From a bacterium (lineage in GTDB: Bacteria > Patescibacteriota > Minisyncoccia > JBBINA01), in contig JBBINA010000004.1 of NCBI GenBank assembly GCA_037444125.1, positions 1,582-65,581 on the forward strand: DNA of 64,000 nt. The letters run 5' to 3'. Positions 1 to 6,899 of the stretch are shown in pieces; position 1 is the stretch's first letter; each line of letters starts with the position of its first letter. The notes below the pieces were generated by a model that saw only the letters and a program-made list of their open reading frames with translations, had not been told where the DNA came from and made no database searches. The position numbers were made by a program, and so were the translations under genes.

Positions 1-20
1 TTCGTCTCCAAAACTACGAG

Positions 21-93
21 TGGGCGACGAAGGGATCGAACCTTCGACCTCGTCTTTATCAGAGACGCGCTCTACCACTGAGCTAGTCGCCCC
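21..93 (-). tRNA. tRNA-Ile (anticodon GAU)
   Basis: The reverse complement folds as a canonical cloverleaf. Acceptor gggcgac/gtcgccc, D-arm gctcagtggtagagc, anticodon stem cgtct/agacg with loop CUGAUAA (anticodon GAU), T-arm gaagg-ttcgatc-ccttc. No encoded CCA. Confidence 0.85.
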
Positions 94-98
94 ATTAG

Positions 99-170
99 TG
101 GGTGCGGAAGGGATCGAACCTTCGACCCCGGGTTTATAAGACCCGTGCTCTACCACTGAGCTACGCACCC
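99..170 (-). tRNA. tRNA-Ile (anticodon UAU), an AUA decoder
   Basis: Reverse complement gggtgcgtagctcagtggtagagcacgggtcttataaacccggggtcgaaggttcgatcccttccgcaccca. Anticodon stem cgggt/acccg with 7-nt loop CUUAUAA gives anticodon UAU. The backbone is highly similar to the adjacent tRNA-Ile(GAU). Confidence 0.75.
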
Positions 171-220
171 TACTGAGCTAATCACCCCTTTTTTAAATTA
201 TTTTATTTTAAAAGCATATC

Positions 221-808
221 TTAAAACATTACATCCTCGTCAGCGCGTTTGTAATCGAAAATTTCATCAGGTGAAAACCAGTATTCTAGCTCATGTTTTT
301 GTTCTTCGGGCGTTTCTGAAGCATGAACAAGATTATGTATTGCCCGTTTATCTCGGTTTGCTGAAGCAGCTGAATCTACCGAGAAATCTCCCCTAATTGA
401 ACCAAGCTCTGCTAATGCTGGTATTGTATTACCGACTAATTTACGGATCATATCTATAGCATGTACGCCTTTTACTACCATTTTTACCATTGGCCCTGAG
501 GTCATAAAATCAATAAGCCATTTACGGACCATTTTGCCGATTTCAAGAGGATCAGCGGTTCCTAACTCCTTTAAGGCGTCATAGCCATATTTTTGGTAAG
601 TGGCTAAGGTTTTATTGCCGACTTTTATTAGCCAGTCTTTTGATTTTGGATAGTGGCCATCAATTTGTTCAGCCGTGGCTAAAAACATTCTTATAGCAAC
701 TATTTTTAAACCTCTGTCTTCAATTCTTTTAATAATTTCGCCAATTAATCCTCGTTTTACTGCATCTGGTTTGAGAATAACTATTGTTTTTTCTTCTTTA
801 GGATGCAT
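221..808 (-). CDS. ndk: Nucleoside diphosphate kinase, long form with an internal insertion
   Basis: Contains KPDAVKRGLIGEII, IRGDFSVDS and NLVHAS (the catalytic His region). The track ORF start (904) runs into tRNA-Phe, so the start is trimmed to the ATG at 808 (MHPKEEKTIVILKPD). Confidence 0.8.
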   Translation of the reverse strand: MHPKEEKTIVILKPDAVKRGLIGEIIKRIEDRGLKIVAIRMFLATAEQIDGHYPKSKDWLIKVGNKTLATYQKYGYDALKELGTADPLEIGKMVRKWLIDFMTSGPMVKMVVKGVHAIDMIRKLVGNTIPALAELGSIRGDFSVDSAASANRDKRAIHNLVHASETPEEQKHELEYWFSPDEIFDYKRADEDVMF

Positions 809-846
809 TTTAATTAGGCAATATGTTAATAAAAATAAATGCGATG

Positions 847-918
847 TGCCGACTGAGGGAATCGAACCCCCGACGCCATGCTCTTCAGGCATGCGCTCTA
901 CCACTGAGCTAAGTCGGC
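847..918 (-). tRNA. tRNA-Phe (anticodon GAA)
   Basis: Reverse complement gccgacttagctcagtggtagagcgcatgcctgaagagcatggcgtcgggggttcgattccctcagtcggca. Anticodon loop CUGAAGA. Confidence 0.85.
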
Positions 919-922
919 GTGG

Positions 923-994
923 TGCCCCTACCGGGAGTCGAACCCGGGTTCCAGGCTTGAAAAGCCTGTGTCCTAACCACTAGACGATAGGGGC
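923..994 (-). tRNA. tRNA-Glu (anticodon UUC)
   Basis: Reverse complement gcccctatcgtctagtggttaggacacaggcttttcaagcctggaacccgggttcgactcccggtaggggca. Anticodon loop UUUUCAA. Confidence 0.85.
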
Positions 995-1102
995 AGGATA
1001 AAAGCATCTTTAAGTCAATTATTGTAGTTTATTTTTATTTCTTTTTCAATAGAAATTAAAGTTGGCTTGATTTTGTATTTTATTTTCATAAAATTAAGAC
1101 AT

Positions 1103-2065
1103 ATGATATTAGTTATTGCAATTTTTTTCGCTTCTTTTTTGAGTTTATTTTTTTCTGCAAGATTTGGATTAAAAAAATTGACCTTTTTAACTTATTTGCT
1201 TCAACAAAGGGATTATATAATAGGCATTTTATTTTTAGGGTTTAGTACTTCTTTGCCTGAAGTTTTTGTAGGTATTAACAGCGCTTTAGAAGGAACGTCC
1301 CAAATTTCTTTAGCCAATATTATTGGCTCGAATATGATAAACTTGACTTTGTTGATTGGCATAACAGTTATGATTGCCGGAAATGTATTTACTCGTGGTG
1401 AAGTTTTTTCGGGTGAAGGATTATTTTCAATTTTTTCAATGTTTATTCCCCTTGGATTTATTATTTTTGACGGCGTTATTACAAGATTTGATGGCGTAGT
1501 ATTAATTATTCTTTTTGTATGTTATTATCTTTGGGTTTATTCTAAAAGAAGAAAAGCTTTATCAATAATTGAGCATACAATTCCGCGTGATGTAAGTAAA
1601 ATAAAAGTAATAATAACAATCTTTGAGCTAGTGATTGGTTTAATAGTGCTTTTTATTTCTGCCAATTTATTGATAAAAAGCGGTATTTATATTTTGGAAA
1701 AGATGAATGTGCCTCTTTTTATATTGGGTTTAGTGATTTTAACCATCGGTACAGTTATGCCGGAGTTAACTATTGATATAGTTAGTGCTTTTAAGAAACG
1801 GCCCGGATTTGCTCTGGGGAATTTATATGGCACTTTGGTTACTAATTCTTGTTTAGTGCTGGGAATTGTTTCCTTAATCAAGCCGATTAAATTTACGCCT
1901 AACTTTTTTATTTACAACTCAGTTATTTATTTGGCTATAGCTGTGTTTGTATTTCTCTTGATGGCTAAAACAAAAAATGTTTTTAGCCGAATGGAGGGAT
2001 TTGTTTTGGTGATGCTTTATATATTTTTCTTAACCACTTCTTTTTATCTTGCTATGTTAAAATAG
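1103..2065 (+). CDS. Ca2+/Na+ antiporter family (CaCA/YrbG-like) membrane protein
   Basis: Two alpha-repeat motifs: GFSTSLPEVFVGINSALEGTSQISLANIIGSNMINL and GTVMPELTIDIVSAFKKRPGFALGNLYGTLVTNS. Polytopic. The track start at 1067 is a TTG; the first ATG is at 1103. Confidence 0.75.
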   Translation: MILVIAIFFASFLSLFFSARFGLKKLTFLTYLLQQRDYIIGILFLGFSTSLPEVFVGINSALEGTSQISLANIIGSNMINLTLLIGITVMIAGNVFTRGEVFSGEGLFSIFSMFIPLGFIIFDGVITRFDGVVLIILFVCYYLWVYSKRRKALSIIEHTIPRDVSKIKVIITIFELVIGLIVLFISANLLIKSGIYILEKMNVPLFILGLVILTIGTVMPELTIDIVSAFKKRPGFALGNLYGTLVTNSCLVLGIVSLIKPIKFTPNFFIYNSVIYLAIAVFVFLLMAKTKNVFSRMEGFVLVMLYIFFLTTSFYLAMLK

Positions 2066-2091
2066 TTTTGATTTCTGAATTTAAAAAGGAT

Positions 2092-2853
2092 ATGAAAGGA
2101 TTGATTTTGGCAGGAGGTAAAGGTACACGTTTAAGACCAATAACTTACTCAACGCCTAAGCACTTATTGCCGGTTTATAATAAACCTTTAATATATTTTG
2201 CCTTACATCAACTTAAACAATGTGGTATTAACGAGATTGGCGTTGTTGTGAATGAAAAGTATTTATCGCAGTTTATGTATTTGTTGGGCAATGGCGAAAG
2301 TTTTGGTGTGACTCTATATTATTTCATCGAGAAAGAAACCTTAGGCATAATGCATGCCGTAAGTTTGGCCTACAATTTATTTAGAAATACTGATTTAACA
2401 GTGATTTTTGGCGATAATATCTTTGAAGATGATATCTGCGAGTTTTTTGAGCGATTTCGTCGACAGCAATTTGTTATTAGAAACAAAAAAGTCAAGGGCG
2501 CTAGGGTAATTTTAAAAGAAGTTAAAGATCCAGAGCGCTTTGGCATTTGTGAAGTTAATAAGTCAGGTAAAATAATTTCCTTGGTTGAAAAGCCTAAAAA
2601 TCCAAAATCAAACTTAGCTTTGACCGGATTGTTTTTTGTTGATGAGCGTTATTACGATATATACAAGAAAATGAAACCATCAGAAAGAGGCGAATATGAA
2701 TATCCAGACTTTTTGCGTTATTATTTAAAGGAAGGGACCTTAACTTACGATGTTTTAAAAGGCGAGTGGTTTGATACAGGCACTTTTGACGCCTTATTTC
2801 AGGCAGCTAGTTTTGTTAAAGAGCACCCTCGCCTTAAAAATGATTTTTTCTAA
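2092..2853 (+). CDS. Sugar-phosphate nucleotidyltransferase (glucose-1-phosphate thymidylyltransferase-like)
   Basis: N-terminus MKGLILAGGKGTRLRPITYSTPKHLLPV, the canonical NTP-transferase G-loop. AGGA lies upstream of the ATG at 2092. The track start at 2068 is TTG. Confidence 0.75.
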   Translation: MKGLILAGGKGTRLRPITYSTPKHLLPVYNKPLIYFALHQLKQCGINEIGVVVNEKYLSQFMYLLGNGESFGVTLYYFIEKETLGIMHAVSLAYNLFRNTDLTVIFGDNIFEDDICEFFERFRRQQFVIRNKKVKGARVILKEVKDPERFGICEVNKSGKIISLVEKPKNPKSNLALTGLFFVDERYYDIYKKMKPSERGEYEYPDFLRYYLKEGTLTYDVLKGEWFDTGTFDALFQAASFVKEHPRLKNDFF

Positions 2854-2923
2854 TTTTTTTAAATAAAAAAAGAAGTTATTTTTCCTTCTTTTTTGGACGT
2901 TTTTATTAAATTTTTAATTTTAT

Positions 2924-2973
2924 GCCTCTTTTAAACCCGTTACCCTCAGTTTGGTAACGGGTTTAAAAGAGGC
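2924..2973. repeat. Perfect 21-bp inverted repeat (gcctcttttaaacccgttacc / ggtaacgggtttaaaagaggc) with an 8-nt loop; candidate bidirectional terminator or site
   Basis: Read directly from the sequence. The arms are exact reverse complements. Smaller hairpins flank it at 2866-2893 and 2977-3014, between the convergent genes ending at 2853 (+) and 3024 (-). Confidence 0.6.
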
Positions 2974-3023
2974 AGAGATGAGAGAGGGTTGTTAGTTATT
3001 CTCTCATTTCTTTACAGACTCGT

Positions 3024-3266
3024 TTATATGTTTTTTGGGTTGTGGGGTTGGTTGTAGATTGTCTTTAAATACAGAAAGATAAGCCATACGACTAGGTATA
3101 AGACTAGAAAAGTTGTGATAGAGAACAATATCGTCCATATCGTTCCTATGATGAGGCTATAAAATAGAAACAAAAAGACGAGAAAAACTGTTTTTACTTT
3201 GGTTTTGCCATAGCGGTTTTCTAGTTCTGTTTTTGTTTGTCTGAAAGCCTTGACTAATATATCCAT
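3024..3266 (-). CDS. Small two-TM membrane protein (hypothetical)
   Basis: ATG at 3266 (MDILVKAFRQ...) is preceded by AGGAGG, seen as plus-strand cctcct at about 3287-3292. Two hydrophobic helices. The track ORF extends to 3284. Confidence 0.45.
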   Translation of the reverse strand: MDILVKAFRQTKTELENRYGKTKVKTVFLVFLFLFYSLIIGTIWTILFSITTFLVLYLVVWLIFLYLKTIYNQPHNPKNI

Positions 3267-3292
3267 AAACCTCCTCTTTGGCAAAATAAAGA

Positions 3293-3349
3293 TCTCAGGG
3301 GAGGGCGAAAATATTCGCCCTCGGCCTCAGAGCTTTAGTCTGAGGTGAT
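3293..3349 (-). terminator. Two GC-rich hairpins (gggcgaa-aata-ttcgccc and cctcaga-gctttag-tctgagg), possible terminator or 5' UTR structure
   Basis: Stem-loops seen in the sequence. There is only a modest U-run after them on the minus strand, so the terminator call is weak. Confidence 0.3.
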
Positions 3350-3534
3350 GATATGATATAGGTATGTATAGAGTGCTGGCAAAATAGTAATCAAAGAATA
3401 ATAGGTCATAGATTTTTATGTGAAGTTTTAAACATGCTCTTTTAAATACCTCACTTATGAAAGTAAAGGTCTTTAAGGAGCATGGCAGGGGGATACTTCA
3501 CAAAAATAATTACACCCTGCCAATGAGATGTTTT

Positions 3535-3879
3535 TTAAAGTGGACGGAATTCCTTCTTGATGACTACAGTATCGTAGTTCATCACATTCGGGAAAATTTT
3601 TTCAGTTTCCCCGAGAGGTAAGAACGAATTGTTCACAAAGACAGCATCACTAGGTTTTGCGCCTGCCAGGAATTTAAGTTCATAAACTCTGAGTTCCTGA
3701 GGCACTGCAATTATCGTAATGCTAGGTACTTCTGTTATGACATTTATCCACTTAATGTGGTGTAACTTAGTGCGACTTAAGTTTACCTCCTTTATGATGT
3801 ATAGATTTTCTCGCCAAAAAGCGTTTTTTAAAATACCCTTTGGTAAGAAGGGATGTCGCATCTTAGATGGACATCCCAT
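3535..3879 (-). CDS. Hypothetical protein (114 aa); downstream partner of the GC-rich small ORF
   Basis: ORF with an AGGGA-ugu-AUG start context. GC is visibly higher than the neighbouring genes. No recognisable family. A weak Rx4H string (RTKLHH) is present. Confidence 0.5.
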   Translation of the reverse strand: MGCPSKMRHPFLPKGILKNAFWRENLYIIKEVNLSRTKLHHIKWINVITEVPSITIIAVPQELRVYELKFLAGAKPSDAVFVNNSFLPLGETEKIFPNVMNYDTVVIKKEFRPL

Positions 3880-3885
3880 ACATCC

Positions 3886-4038
3886 CTAGTCGTGCCCGGC
3901 CCGTGCCTCCTTAGCGAGCCGGCGGAGTTGAGTATAGCTTGGTTTTCCGGCGGTCAAAATGACGCCGGTGCGGGCGTCCACAACTACCGCCGAGACTGTC
4001 GGTTTTGCTTTGGAAAAAATTTTTTTTGACTTTTTCAT
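3886..4038 (-). CDS. GC-rich small ORF (50 aa, MKKSKKIFSKAKPTVSAVVVDARTGVILTAGKPSYTQLRRLAKEARAGHD); candidate small DNA-binding or antitoxin-like protein
   Basis: Not in the ORF track (under 60 aa). A perfect SD (AGGAGGGAG) lies 4 nt before the ATG. A consensus sigma70 promoter sits upstream, with inverted repeats between promoter and SD. The stop lies 6 nt before the next gene. GC-rich codons are unlike the host. An RNA-leader interpretation is also possible. Confidence 0.4.
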   Translation of the reverse strand: MKKSKKIFSKAKPTVSAVVVDARTGVILTAGKPSYTQLRRLAKEARAGHD

Positions 4039-4118
4039 GACTCCCTCCTATGAGCGCAACTTAGCGTTGCGCCCCGCGGTCTTACGGTCCGCGACCGAAT
4101 TATGCGAACTCATATATA

Positions 4119-4146
4119 ATTATACATATTTTTGACAGAAAGTCAA
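4119..4146 (-). promoter_or_regulatory. Near-consensus sigma70 promoter: TTGACT - 16 nt - TATAAT, with TG upstream of the -10
   Basis: Minus-strand read: ttgactttctgtcaaaaatatgTATAAT. The -35 maps to plus 4141-4146 and the -10 to 4119-4124. The leader contains the IR GCGCAAC-N5-GTTGCGC (4054-4072) and GGTCgcgGACC. Confidence 0.55.
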
Positions 4147-4154
4147 GAGGAAAA

Positions 4155-4919
4155 TTAACTTTTTGCCTTGCGAAGTTGTATTAACTCAAACTTACGATTG
4201 TCTATATATTCTACTTTTAGACCTAAAGATTTCAGAATTCGATTGGTTGGTTTTAAAATATATTCTCTTAAGCACTTATTGTAGTTAGGTTTTCTGCTTT
4301 TTTTTGTTAGTTCGTTTATTTTTGGTAGATTCTTAACTGCCTTAGTAAATTTATTAATTAAGAACCATTTGTCGTTTTTTAGCTTCTTTTTTAGCTGATC
4401 TAGTATTTGTTTATAGGATGATGTTAGTTCGGGATAGTTGCGTGTAGTTTCGTTAAGGCCGAAAGCTATGCTTAATATTAGCCGGGCGTCGATGTTTTGG
4501 GGAGTAGTGTTTGTTGTAAGGTACTTTAAAAAACCAAGCCATAACTTCAAATGTTTTTTAGCCACATTTGAGTTTTTTTGATAGATAATGTCTGCTACAA
4601 AAATATCCAAGACATAATTAATGGTTGTGACAGCTAAGTTATACTCATCTTGGCTTCTATCTTTTATATCAACTAAAAAGCCGCCGTAGATAGGATGTAG
4701 ATTTTCGGCAAGATAAGCATGGGCTATTTCGTGGTGTAAGGCGCCTATTTTCATTGCTGGATATATATTAAGTTTACTCGGTAATAAAATTAGATAGTGT
4801 TTTGGTTTTACAATTAATTGCGGCGTGATATTTTGATTAACCATTTTCACTTTAATAGGCAATTTTAGTTTGTACTTGTTTTGTAATTTTTTAACATATG
4901 TCGGTTTTATAGCCGTCAC
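4155..4919 (-). CDS. Putative HExxH zinc metallopeptidase (ImmA/IrrE-like motif HEIAHAYLAENLH)
   Basis: Motif ALHHEIAHAYLAENLHP. The start is uncertain: GTG at 4919 or ATG at 4844. Confidence 0.55.
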   Translation of the reverse strand: MTAIKPTYVKKLQNKYKLKLPIKVKMVNQNITPQLIVKPKHYLILLPSKLNIYPAMKIGALHHEIAHAYLAENLHPIYGGFLVDIKDRSQDEYNLAVTTINYVLDIFVADIIYQKNSNVAKKHLKLWLGFLKYLTTNTTPQNIDARLILSIAFGLNETTRNYPELTSSYKQILDQLKKKLKNDKWFLINKFTKAVKNLPKINELTKKSRKPNYNKCLREYILKPTNRILKSLGLKVEYIDNRKFELIQLRKAKS

Positions 4920-5049
4920 CTCCCGATTGGCGAGTTTTTTTAGAGAACTATCTTATTTTATCAATATTTATATATTCAGTCAAAAAAAATAATAGAGTTA
5001 CAATTGATTGTTTATTTGGTATAATAATATTTTATTTATAATTTTTAAT

Positions 5050-5613
5050 ATGGAGAGAAATTATGAAAGCCGCTATAATCAGGGTGGTTATATGTGGCAA
5101 CCTTCTGGGCATAAAAAAATTGATATTGAGGATAAAGCTTATGAGTATAAACGTGGGCATTTTGTTGAGGATGTGGTGATGTATATTTTGAATAAGTATA
5201 TAAAAGAATCTTTAGAAAAAGGCGAACAACCAAAAATTGAATATGTAAGGAGAGATTTAAAAGAAGACAGGCTTGGCAAAGTTGACCTTTTTATTAAGTT
5301 TATGGGTGATGACGAGGAAATAAAATTTCAATTGACTACAAGGAAAAATTTGCAGGAATTGGCTAGAAAAAAAGAAAATCTTCCAAAGTATGTGGCTTTT
5401 GTTGTTTTAGAGTCGGAAAAAATTAATGAATTGTGGAAAGGATATCTTAATGCCAAAGTTGATAAACCAGATCTTGTAGTAGATGAATTTTTGTCTTCAA
5501 TTGATGAAAGGATTTTAAGGAGGATAAGGGATGAGTATCTCTACGAGTTGTTTAGGGCTCTTCCCTCTGAAAAGAAAGAGAGAATTGCCTATCTTTTGCA
5601 GACAGAAGAATAA
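5050..5613 (+). CDS. Hypothetical protein with a PD-(D/E)xK-like nuclease motif (GKVDLFIKFMGDDEEIKFQ)
   Basis: ATG at 5050 (MERNYES...). A TGgTATAAT extended -10 lies at about 5017-5025. D-x11-E-x-K spacing is seen in the sequence. The fold assignment is inference only. Confidence 0.5.
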   Translation: MERNYESRYNQGGYMWQPSGHKKIDIEDKAYEYKRGHFVEDVVMYILNKYIKESLEKGEQPKIEYVRRDLKEDRLGKVDLFIKFMGDDEEIKFQLTTRKNLQELARKKENLPKYVAFVVLESEKINELWKGYLNAKVDKPDLVVDEFLSSIDERILRRIRDEYLYELFRALPSEKKERIAYLLQTEE

Positions 5614-5616
5614 ATA

Positions 5617-5639
5617 AAACCAGCGCTATAGGCTGGTTT
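5617..5639. terminator. Bidirectional terminator hairpin aaaccagc-gctatag-gctggttt(t)
   Basis: 8-bp stem between the convergent genes ending at 5613 (+) and 5643 (-), with T-runs on both sides. Confidence 0.5.
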
Positions 5640-5642
5640 TGA

Positions 5643-5849
5643 TTAGTTTATAGACTTTTTTTTGCGATTAAACTCAACGATTTCTTGCAGCAGTTTTTCA
5701 TCATTAATCTTAATAATAACACAATTTAACTCTTCATCAACTTCAATATTATTTAGAGCTGAATCTTTTGGCAGAGAACTTTTTAGCAATCTAGCAAATT
5801 TTCTAACTTTTTCCATTCCGTCAATATCTTTAGAATCTACTTTTTTCAT
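5643..5849 (-). CDS. Small acidic hypothetical protein (68 aa)
   Basis: ATG (MKKVDSKDIDG...) preceded by AGAGGTGA at 5-nt spacing. The track ORF extends to 5858. Confidence 0.45.
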   Translation of the reverse strand: MKKVDSKDIDGMEKVRKFARLLKSSLPKDSALNNIEVDEELNCVIIKINDEKLLQEIVEFNRKKKSIN

Positions 5850-6099
5850 TACAATCACCTCTTATATGAAGGTTTCACAATTATACTGCTAAATTTTATT
5901 AGAGTCAATACCATGAATGAAATAAGAGATAGTAGTTATAGTTTAGGCGAGGAATCAGAGGTATGCTGAGAATTATATAAATGGATTAAATTAATATTCT
6001 TTTAATTTTGTTGTAATTCAAAGATTTTTTTGATTTTTAAGTTTATTTTTTACTAAAAAAAAAATGATATTTTTGGTTAGCTTGAAAAAGCCATTTTGA

Positions 6100-6776
6100 T
6101 TACTTGCAACTTTGCGGCTTAGTAGCCAAAAATTCTTCAAGGACCAATTCTGACTCACGCCATTCTAAAGCCTCATTTATGTCAATAAAACGGTAGTGCC
6201 AGGGTTCGTAAATATAGCCGGTGGTTTTTTCCGAACCTTTGCTATAACTCATAGCAAAACCATATCTAAAGGCATTTTGTGAGAGTTACTTGCCTTCAGG
6301 GGGTATTTTCAAAACATTGTTTTAGATCGCAAGAGCTTCCAGAACCAAAGTCAATAGTCGTACCTAGTTAATGTTCAGAATGACCTGGTTTTGCGGAAAA
6401 ATAACGTGCCTTTGGCCCAAATCTTTTAAGATATCTTTCGAAAATTTTTCTCTACTCATCGTAACTTCGATAAGCAGATAATATAATAAGATTTAAACCC
6501 TGCTTGCGAGCATCATACATTAAATTTCTTAATGGTTCAATGACAGGTTGACGGACAAATTTTTTTTAGGAAAGCCTAATTCGGTTAACTCGACCAAATC
6601 TTTGGGCTTATATTGACCTAATGAGATTTTTTATTCACTTCAACTAAAGCTAATAAATAATCGCCATTGGCGATAACGATTTCCTCAATTTGAGCTCGAT
6701 AGCTCCAAATAAAGGTAGTTGAAATAGCAATAAGAACTAAAATCAAACCAAAGCGACAGAGGTGTTTGGTGGACAT
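6100..6776 (-). pseudogene. Decayed D-Ala-D-Ala carboxypeptidase (VanY / peptidase M15B) pseudogene
   Basis: The minus-strand translation shows VanY signatures split over frames and interrupted by stops: an N-terminal TM, SAYRSYDE*, AKPGHSEH*LGTTIDFGSG and EPWHYRFID. Several stops sit where Gln is expected (CAG/CAA to TAG/TAA), and there are frameshifts. No intact ORF in the track. Confidence 0.6.
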
Positions 6777-6899
6777 ATGGCTTTTAATACTATTAGGCTT
6801 TCTTCCCCCTTTCTTTTACTAAAGAGATTGTTAAATTGTCTTATTAATTTCTTTTGTACTTTAATTTAAATGTTTTTTAGATGGGTTATATATCTCTGT

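Noticed and set aside
675-983. 102-aa + strand ORF overlapping ndk (antisense), tRNA-Phe and tRNA-Glu
   Set aside because: It lies antisense to a well-supported ndk and reads straight through two tRNA genes. It is AT-rich antisense noise.
3481-3525. 14-codon mini-ORF (MAGGYFTKIITPCQ) with a good AAGGAG SD on the plus strand
   Set aside because: It is too short and isolated to support as a gene. It also coincides with a GGCAGGG/CCCTGCC stem-loop just downstream of the 114-aa gene. It is kept only as a curiosity.
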